Shown here piece by piece: positions 57,931 to 63,987 of a DNA stretch of 63,987 nucleotides. This stretch comes from Mycobacteriales bacterium (lineage in GTDB: Bacteria > Actinomycetota > Actinomycetes > Mycobacteriales > QHCD01), in NCBI GenBank assembly GCA_038253135.1, contig JBBSHJ010000005.1, positions 1 to 63,987 of the forward strand. The letters run 5' to 3'. The notes beneath the pieces are model-generated. The model was not told where the DNA came from and ran no database searches. It saw only the letters and a list, made by a program, of their open reading frames with translations. The translations under genes were made by a program, and so were the position numbers. How positions within the stretch are numbered: position 1 is the first letter of the stretch; each line of letters opens with the position of its first letter.

Positions 57931-58200
57931 TGGGGTCCGTCGGGAAAACCGTACGCCGCAACCGATTCGGTCTTCATCTGGGCCGAGAAGCCGGGCGCCG
58001 ACGGGCGGCGGGCGAGCAGGATGATCGCCGAAGATCCTCCGAGGTCATCGGTGACGTCGTCGACGGTCATCCCCACGACGTGATCGCGCAGCGCCTCGAT
58101 CGCCGCCACCACGAGCGACGTCAGTGCCACGACGGATCGTGAAGCAGAGTCCGTAGCCGGCTAACGGCGCGCCCGGTCACGGGCAACCCTCCGGGTAAGT
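57931..58200 (-). pseudogene. Shattered N-terminal remnant of an enolase-superfamily L-fuconate dehydratase gene
   Basis: Three frames in succession read ..PGAPLAGYGLCFTIRRGTDV.. / ..ALTSLVVAAIEALRDHVVGMTVDDVTDDLGG.. (ORF 57906..58130) / ..GARLLGPDEDRI.. These match my memory of the FucD/ENOSF1 N-terminal blocks G(Y/H)GLxFT(I/L)G(R/K)G(N/T)(D/E)V and LRW(L/I)GPEKG. There is an in-frame TGA, and the whole barrel domain (~330 aa) is absent. Confidence 0.5.
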
Positions 58201-58300
58201 CCTCCGAGCACCTGAGGTTAGCGATGATCCAGGCACCGATAGGGTGGGGCCACGCGGTGGCGGGCCCGATTCCGGTGAGAGGACCCATGGGAGGAACCGA

Positions 58301-59152
58301 GTGAAACTGATGCGGATCGGCGCACGCGGTGCCGAGGTGCCCTGCGTGCGAGCGGACAACGGAACGATCCTGGACCTGCGCTCGGTCACCTCCGACATCG
58401 ACGCCGCGTTCTTCCGGCGCGGCGGCGTGACGGAGGCCAGGGCGGCGCTCGACGCCAGCTGGTTGCGGCCCTACGAAGGCTCGGTGGACCGCATCGGCGC
58501 GCCGGTCGCCCGGCCCGGCAACGTGCTGTGCATCGGTCTGAACTACCGCGACCACGCCCGGGAGACGGGCGCCGAGATCCCGGCCGAGCCGGTGATCTTC
58601 TCCAAGCACACCGGCACCGTCATCGGTCCGTACGACGAGGTGCTTATCCCGCGGGAGAGCGTCAAGACCGACTGGGAGGTCGAGCTGGGCGTCGTCATCG
58701 GCGCCGAGGCTCGCTACCTCGCCTCGCCCAGCGAAGCCGCCTCCGTCATCGCCGGCTATGCGATCAGCAACGACGTGTCCGAGCGTGCCTTCCAGAACGA
58801 GCGCGGCGGGCAGTGGATCAAGGGCAAGTCCGCCGAGACCTTCAACCCGTTGGGGCCGTGGCTGGTCACGGCGGACGAGGTGCCCGATCCGCAGGCGCTC
58901 AGGCTGAGCCTCTCGGTCAACGGCGAGAGCCGCCAGGACGGCACGACCTTCGACATGATCTTCGGCGTGCACCACGTGGTCTGGTACCTCAGCCAGTTCA
59001 TGGTGCTCGAGCCGGGCGACCTCATCAACACCGGAACTCCCGCCGGCGTCGCCCTCGGGATGCCCGAGCAGCCCTACCTGAAGTCGGGCGACGTGATTGA
59101 GCTCGAGGTCGAGGGGCTGGGCCGGCAGCGCCAGCAGGTCGGCCGGGCCTGA
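58301..59152 (+). CDS. Fumarylacetoacetate hydrolase family protein (fits a 2,4-diketo-3-deoxy-L-fuconate hydrolase)
   Basis: GTG 58301 after a GGGAGGA RBS, inside ORF 58244..59152. ...NVLCIGLNYRDHARETG...PVIFSKHTGTVIGP...TDWEVELGVVIG...DLINTGTPAGVA. Confidence 0.82.
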   Translation: MKLMRIGARGAEVPCVRADNGTILDLRSVTSDIDAAFFRRGGVTEARAALDASWLRPYEGSVDRIGAPVARPGNVLCIGLNYRDHARETGAEIPAEPVIFSKHTGTVIGPYDEVLIPRESVKTDWEVELGVVIGAEARYLASPSEAASVIAGYAISNDVSERAFQNERGGQWIKGKSAETFNPLGPWLVTADEVPDPQALRLSLSVNGESRQDGTTFDMIFGVHHVVWYLSQFMVLEPGDLINTGTPAGVALGMPEQPYLKSGDVIELEVEGLGRQRQQVGRA

Positions 59153-59153
59153 C

Positions 59154-60164
59154 GTGGCGGGAACGGACGGCGGCCGGGCGTCGGCGCGGCGCCGGCTCGG
59201 CGGCACCGGGGTCGAGGTCAGCGCCCTGTCCGTCGGTACGGCGCCGCTGGGCAACCTGTTCCGAGCGGTATCCGACGCCGACGCCGCGGCCACCGTCGAG
59301 GCCGCCCTCGGCGCCGGCCTGCGCTATTTCGACACCGCGCCGCTATACGGCCACGGCCTGGCCGAGCGGCGGGTCGGTACGGCGTTGCGCGGCCGCCGTG
59401 ACGTCGTCCTCTCCACCAAGGTTGGCCGGCTGCTGCGGCCGGCCGAGGGCGTCGACGGCGGGGTTTTCGACATCGTCCCGGACGCCGTGCCGGTCTTCGA
59501 CTTCTCCGGCGACGGCGTCCGCCGGTCGCTGGAGGAGAGCCTGCAGCGGCTCGGTCTGGACCACGTCGACGTCGTCTACCTCCACGATCCCGACGATCAC
59601 GTCCGGCAGGCGCTGGACGAGGCCTACCCGGCGCTGCACGAGCTCCGTGCCGCCGGGGTCGTCAAGGCGATCGGTGTCGGCATGAACGGCCCGGCCGTAC
59701 CGACCCGGTTCGTGCGCGAGACCGAGCTCGACGCGCTGATCCTGGCCGGCCGCTACACGCTGCTCGACCGCACCGGCGCGCGCGAGCTGATCGCCGCCTG
59801 CCGGGAGCGCGGCACCTCGATCATCGCGGCCGCCGTGCTCAATTCCGGCATCCTGGTCGACCCGCGGCCGGGTGCCACCTTCGACTACGAGGAGGCGCCA
59901 CCGGCCCTGCTCGAGCGGGCGCAGCGGATCGAGCGGATCTGCCGTGCGTACGGCGTACCGCTGCGCGCGGCGGCGCTGCAGTTCGCGCTCGGTGAGCCCG
60001 TCGTCGCCAGCGTCCTGACCGGCATGCGCTCGCCGGCCGAGGTTGCCGACAACGTCGCGATGATGGACCTGCCGATCCCAACTCAGCTCTGGAAAGATCT
60101 CATCGCGGACGGCTTGATCGACGACTGGGTGAGCGTTTCGTCCGAGTCCGTAGCCAGCTCATGA
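59154..60164 (+). CDS. Aldo/keto reductase (L-fucose/D-threo-aldose dehydrogenase-like)
   Basis: GTG 59154 inside ORF 59097..60164. ...LGGTGVEVSALSVGTAPLGN...GLRYFDTAPLYGHGLAERRVG...VLSTKVGR... Confidence 0.82.
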   Translation: MAGTDGGRASARRRLGGTGVEVSALSVGTAPLGNLFRAVSDADAAATVEAALGAGLRYFDTAPLYGHGLAERRVGTALRGRRDVVLSTKVGRLLRPAEGVDGGVFDIVPDAVPVFDFSGDGVRRSLEESLQRLGLDHVDVVYLHDPDDHVRQALDEAYPALHELRAAGVVKAIGVGMNGPAVPTRFVRETELDALILAGRYTLLDRTGARELIAACRERGTSIIAAAVLNSGILVDPRPGATFDYEEAPPALLERAQRIERICRAYGVPLRAAALQFALGEPVVASVLTGMRSPAEVADNVAMMDLPIPTQLWKDLIADGLIDDWVSVSSESVASS

Positions 60165-60997
60165 TCGACGGGCACCACCATTTGTGGGACCTGACCCGAC
60201 GCCGTCATGCCTGGCTCGACGCGACGGGCCTGGCGCCGATCCGGCGCAGCTTCACCGCCGCCGATCTGGCGGCGGCCACGGCCGGACATGACGTCGAGGC
60301 GACCGTGCTGGTCCAGGCCCTGGACGAGACGGCCGAGAGTGCCGACATCCTGGCCATCGCCGAGCGCACAGACCAAATCGCCGGCGTGGTGGGCTGGATC
60401 GACCTGCGCGCGGATCGGCCGCCGGCCCGGCTCGACGCGCTGCGGGCGCTCACGGGTGGCGGCAAGCTGGTCGGCATCCGGCACGGGGTGCAGGACGAGC
60501 CGGACCCGCACTACCTCGACGATCCGGCCGTACGGCGCGGGGTCGCTGCCGTTGGTGCCGCCGGCCTGGTCTACGACCTGCTGACGAGGCCCGACCAGCT
60601 CGCGGCCGCCACCCGCTTGGTGCGGGCCCTGCCCGACGTTCGTTTCGTCCTCGACCACCTCTCCAAGCCGCCCATCGCGGCCGGCGCGATCGAGCCGTGG
60701 CGGAGCGACATCCGCGCTCTCGCCGCGCTGCCCAACGTCAGCTGCAAGCTGTCCGGCCTGGCCACCGAGGCCGACCCCACCTGGTCGGTGGCTGACCTCG
60801 CGCCGTACGCCGACGTCGTGCTCGAGGACTTCGGTGCGGACCGGGTGTTCTTCGGCTCCGACTGGCCGGTCTGCCTCCTCGCCGGGGACTACGCCAAGGT
60901 TCTCGACGCCGCCGTGGCGCTGACGGCGGGCCTGTCCGCGGCCGAGCGTGCCGCGGTCTTCGGGGAGACGGCGCGCCACGTCTACGCCCTGAGCTGA
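60161..60997 (+). CDS. Amidohydrolase-2 family protein (L-fucono-1,5-lactonase-like)
   Basis: 278 aa. The ATG overlaps the AKR stop (ATGA). MIDGHHHLWDL... metal-binding HxH start, and ...VFFGSDWPV (Asp ligand block). Confidence 0.8.
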   Translation: MIDGHHHLWDLTRRRHAWLDATGLAPIRRSFTAADLAAATAGHDVEATVLVQALDETAESADILAIAERTDQIAGVVGWIDLRADRPPARLDALRALTGGGKLVGIRHGVQDEPDPHYLDDPAVRRGVAAVGAAGLVYDLLTRPDQLAAATRLVRALPDVRFVLDHLSKPPIAAGAIEPWRSDIRALAALPNVSCKLSGLATEADPTWSVADLAPYADVVLEDFGADRVFFGSDWPVCLLAGDYAKVLDAAVALTAGLSAAERAAVFGETARHVYALS

Positions 60998-61138
60998 CTC
61001 CTCTTGCGGCCCTGGGGGCGTACGACGTGCCGCCGACTTCAACGCCGCCGCACATCCCGCACGGCAGAGCCGGTCACGGCGCTCACCCGCCCAGGCGACG
61101 GACCCGCGCCGCGGCGATTGAAGCAGCCGACGCGTGCT

Positions 61139-61465
61139 CTAGAGCAAGCAGAACGTAAGCCCTCCGGGAGCGGTGAGCACCGTGATCTCATCACGGTGCG
61201 GCCAGTCCACTCGCTGGGCGCCAAGTGACAACACGCGTTCGATCTCGCGGTCGCGTTCCTCCGCGTCGGCCGTGACTAGGTCCACGTGCGTCTGGTCCTC
61301 TGTGTTGAGCTGAATCGCCAGGCCTTCACCGGTCTTGGGGCAGAACATCGCCGAGTTGTGATCGCGATCCACGAGCTGGTAGCAAGATTCAAGTGTTCGC
61401 TCCCAGAACTCGGCCGCCTTGTCGATGTCAGATACGTGAATCACCACTTCCCCGATCCCCACCAT
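61139..61465 (-). CDS. VOC family protein (glyoxalase fold)
   Basis: 108 aa. MVGIGEVVIHVSDIDKAAEFWERTL...THVDLVTAD...LTAPGGLTFCLL. Visibly lower GC than its surroundings. Confidence 0.7.
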   Translation of the reverse strand: MVGIGEVVIHVSDIDKAAEFWERTLESCYQLVDRDHNSAMFCPKTGEGLAIQLNTEDQTHVDLVTADAEERDREIERVLSLGAQRVDWPHRDEITVLTAPGGLTFCLL

Positions 61466-61675
61466 TGCTACTCCCTAAGCTGCGGTCCAATGTCGCAGAT
61501 GGTCCTGCGGACATACCTGCCGGCTGCGGCCGTATTCGCCGTACCAGACCGTCGCCTTCGCGCGGCCGGCGGTCTCGTGCAAGCATGCCCGCATGGCCGA
61601 TCACTGCGGCGCCCGACGTCGCATTACGTCACCCCAGGCCGGTCTCCGGCGTCGCCGACCCGCGGTCGCAGCAGC

Positions 61676-62284
61676 GTGAGCCGGACGATCGACGTACCTC
61701 CTGAGCGACTCGGCCGCTGGATCGAGGGCTTCGCCGAGCGCCACGGGGGAATCGCCGAACGCAGACCCGGCGAGACCGGCCTCACCATGGTTGGCCAGGA
61801 CGGTGCGCTCGCCGTCGTCGAGCCGCCGTTCCCCCCGATTCGCGGCGATCTGGTCGAGCACGCGCTGCGTGCGCGCGCGGTCGGCGCGATCCTGCTGCGG
61901 CTCGGCGGGTACGCCGTCGGCGAGTTCGTCGGCACCCAGCTTGTCGCGTCCAAGTGCGGATCGCGGCTCGTGCACGGCCGCAACAAGGCCGGCGGTCAGT
62001 CGCAGCGGCGTTTCGCCCGGCGGCGCGAGAAGCAGGCCCGCGAGGCCGTCGAGGCCGCGGTCAACACGGTCCAGCGGGTGCTGACCCCGGTGGCGGCGCG
62101 CCTCGACGCGGTCGTGACGGGTGGAGACCGCGCGGCGTTGCGACAGCTCTGGCAGGACCCGCGGCTCACTCACCTACACGAGCTGACGGTTACGAGGGTC
62201 TACGAGGTACCGGAGCCGCGATGGTCGGTGTTGACGGCCTTTCCGAGCCTCTACCGACGGGTCGACATCACTCTTGACCCATAA
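61676..62284 (+). CDS. acVLRF1-type (Vms1/eRF1-like) peptidyl-tRNA hydrolase family protein
   Basis: GTG 61676 inside ORF 61286..62284 (start uncertain). ...AILLRLGGYAVGEFVGTQLVASKCGSRLVHGRNKAGGQSQRRFARRREKQAREA... with a GGQ tripeptide. Confidence 0.65.
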   Translation: MSRTIDVPPERLGRWIEGFAERHGGIAERRPGETGLTMVGQDGALAVVEPPFPPIRGDLVEHALRARAVGAILLRLGGYAVGEFVGTQLVASKCGSRLVHGRNKAGGQSQRRFARRREKQAREAVEAAVNTVQRVLTPVAARLDAVVTGGDRAALRQLWQDPRLTHLHELTVTRVYEVPEPRWSVLTAFPSLYRRVDITLDP

Positions 62285-62339
62285 TGCGACCGTCCGGCCC
62301 TGACGTCATCGGTCTGTAACACCGAATCGCGCCGCCCGG

Positions 62340-63068
62340 GTGGATGATCCGCATATGGCCTCTGGCGGCGGCACCCCGGTCGGACGCCGCATCGTGATCG
62401 GCATGGTGGCCGTCGGCGCCGCCGGTGTCGCCTTCGGCGACCGGCTTAGTGCCATCGAGCAGAGTCTGCTCGCGCCGATCCAGTCCCGCGACCCAACCGG
62501 CCTGAGCGCCCTGCTGCCCGACGATGGCGGATTCCGGTTCTACTCGGTCACCGGCAGTACCCCCACCCGCACCGCCGAGACCTATCGGCTCACCGTCGGC
62601 GGTCTGGTCGACCGTTCCGGCACGCTGATGATGAGCGACCTCGCGTCGATGCCGCAGACCTCGCTCACGCGAGACTTCCAATGCGTGACCGGCTGGCGGG
62701 TGCCCGACGTGCACTGGTCGGGCGTGGCGCTGCCCGACCTGCTCGACCGGGTGGGAGTGCGCCACGGGGCGACGGCGGTGCGCTTCACGTCGTTCGACGG
62801 GACCTACACCGAGAGCCTCACCTTGGCCCAGGCCCGGCGCAGCGACGTGCTGGTCGCGACGTCCATGCTTGGCGGTCCGGTCTCGCGCGAGCACGGCGGA
62901 CCGGTGCGGCTGTACGTCGCACCCATGTATGGCTACAAGAGCTGCAAGTGGCTCGGAGGTATTGAGCTGACGGCCCGGGTTGAGCCCGGTTACTGGGAGC
63001 ACTACGGGTATTCCGTCGACGCCTGGGTCGGGCACTCCAACGGGCGTGACGACACGCCCACCGGCTGA
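62340..63068 (+). CDS. Molybdopterin-dependent oxidoreductase (sulfite-oxidase fold, MsrP/YedY-like)
   Basis: 242 aa. N-terminal TM/Tat-like RRIVIGMVAVGAAGVAFG. ...LTRDFQCVTGWRVPDVHWSGV... (Moco Cys block). ...HGGPVRLYVAPMYGYKSCKWL. Confidence 0.8.
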   Translation: MDDPHMASGGGTPVGRRIVIGMVAVGAAGVAFGDRLSAIEQSLLAPIQSRDPTGLSALLPDDGGFRFYSVTGSTPTRTAETYRLTVGGLVDRSGTLMMSDLASMPQTSLTRDFQCVTGWRVPDVHWSGVALPDLLDRVGVRHGATAVRFTSFDGTYTESLTLAQARRSDVLVATSMLGGPVSREHGGPVRLYVAPMYGYKSCKWLGGIELTARVEPGYWEHYGYSVDAWVGHSNGRDDTPTG

Positions 63069-63073
63069 CCGCG

Positions 63074-63784
63074 ATGGCCGCCCACCGCGCGTCGTACGGC
63101 ATCCGCCGATCCGACGAGGCCCGCTCGGTCGGCGGTCTCGTCCGCTTCACCCTCGCCGAGCGGTGGGTCCACCGCAGCCTCGCCGCCCTGATGGCCGTCA
63201 TGATCGCCACGGCCGCGACCCTCTACTTCGGCCAGCTCTCGCTGCTGGTCGGTCGCCGCCAACTGGTGGCCGAAATTCACATCTATGCAGGCATGGCGCT
63301 GCCCCTGCCGATCCTGCTCGGTCTCGTGTCCCGGGCCTTTCGGGACGATCTGCGACGACTCAACCGCTTCCTGCCGGTGGATCAGGTGTGGCTGCGCAGC
63401 AAGAATCGCCGGTCGGCCAGGCTACCGGTCGCCAAGTTCAACGCCGGGCAGAAACTCTATGCCGCGTTTCTCGCCGGAGCGATCCTCGTCATGCTGGGCA
63501 CCGGCCTGGTGATGCGCTATGCGAACGGCTGGCCGGTGAGCTTACGCACCGGCGCCACCTTCGTGCACGACTGGCTGAGCTACGCGCTGACCTTCGTGAT
63601 CGCCGGGCACCTGTATTTCGCATTGCGCGATCCGATCGCCCGCCGTGGCATGCGGACCGGTTTGGTGCCCGATTCGTGGGCGCGGGTCGAGCACGGTAAA
63701 TGGGCCGAGGAGATGACCGAGGAGAAACGCAAGCAGTCGCGGCCCGCGGACACCGAAGTCGACTTAAATACTGAGTCGACTTAA
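63074..63784 (+). CDS. Cytochrome b-type membrane subunit (cytochrome b561/YedZ-like partner)
   Basis: 236 aa. Four hydrophobic helices with conserved His (..ERWVHRSLAALMAV.., ..AEIHIYAGMALP.., ..FVHDWLSYALTFVIAGHLYF..). Confidence 0.7.
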   Translation: MAAHRASYGIRRSDEARSVGGLVRFTLAERWVHRSLAALMAVMIATAATLYFGQLSLLVGRRQLVAEIHIYAGMALPLPILLGLVSRAFRDDLRRLNRFLPVDQVWLRSKNRRSARLPVAKFNAGQKLYAAFLAGAILVMLGTGLVMRYANGWPVSLRTGATFVHDWLSYALTFVIAGHLYFALRDPIARRGMRTGLVPDSWARVEHGKWAEEMTEEKRKQSRPADTEVDLNTEST

Positions 63785-63987
63785 ATCCAGTCGCGGTCCA
63801 AGCACCGACGGGCGATCTTGCGCACAGCGGGCGTGAGTGGGCCGTCTCTGGTGAGGAACTCGACCAGCGCGAAGACGTCCAGCAGCCGCGCTCGGGCCTC
63901 CCAACCTTCGCTGAGGCGACCGCCAGTGTCACGGAAACCGGTCACGAAACCCTCGATGTAGCCGGGAGGAAGCCGGTCGCTGTGCCG
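63781..63987 (-). CDS. Hypothetical protein, C-terminal part only (gene runs off the window edge)
   Basis: The minus-strand frame is open from the window edge to stop 63781..63783: ..RHSDRLPPGYIEGFVTGFRDTGGRLSEGWEARARLLDVFALVEFLTRDGPLTPAVRKIARRCLDRDWI*. No family assigned. Confidence 0.35.
   Translation of the reverse strand, partial: RHSDRLPPGYIEGFVTGFRDTGGRLSEGWEARARLLDVFALVEFLTRDGPLTPAVRKIARRCLDRDWI

Noticed and set aside
63759-63787. 12-bp direct repeat GTCGACTTAAAT x2 (5-nt spacer) spanning the two convergent stop codons at the cytochrome b gene end.
   Set aside because: It is short and AT-rich at a gene boundary. The self-complementary GTCGAC cores could form a weak bidirectional terminator hairpin, but it has no flanking features of a mobile-element scar.

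Overview
This is a very GC-rich chromosomal segment with typical actinobacterial (Actinomycetota) gene content and order. The conserved backbone runs gnd, thyX-dapA-rnj, guaB1, serA, ftsK-(HTH)-rimO-pgsA/cinA-clgR-pspA, nei, lhr, DUF3046-recA-recX-rny. Sugar-acid catabolic genes and several small, visibly lower-GC accessory patches are interspersed. I saw no rRNA, tRNA, CRISPR array, transposase or integrase. The points most worth a second look are these. (1) Three consecutive minus-strand ORFs at 193..3519 read as one ~1100 aa membrane-anchored protein made of about seven ~140 aa four-cysteine modules. It is interrupted by two 1-nt frame changes, and one of them sits exactly on a CCCAAAG slippery heptamer. 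(2) recA carries a 439-aa LAGLIDADG intein at the same insertion point I recall for the M. tuberculosis RecA intein. A LexA box and a DUF3046 gene lie upstream. (3) A 75-77 bp tandem repeat carrying strong G-quadruplex motifs fills the divergent lhr/VOC promoter region. Two further short tandem repeats sit just upstream of dapA and of a BadF-type kinase gene. (4) pgsA and the cinA C-terminal (PncC-like) domain form one continuous frame with no internal start codon. (5) A lower-GC cassette of PEBP, nucleotidyltransferase and GT2 genes is joined by TGATG overlaps and is followed by decayed gene fragments. (6) An oxidative L-fucose-type cluster retains only a shattered N-terminal remnant of its dehydratase gene. 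(7) Several other genes (gad, a VOC gene, an RHH fragment) are broken by single-base indels. All of these could be assembly errors rather than biology. Product calls rest on motifs read from the translations and on remembered family signatures; no database search was run.
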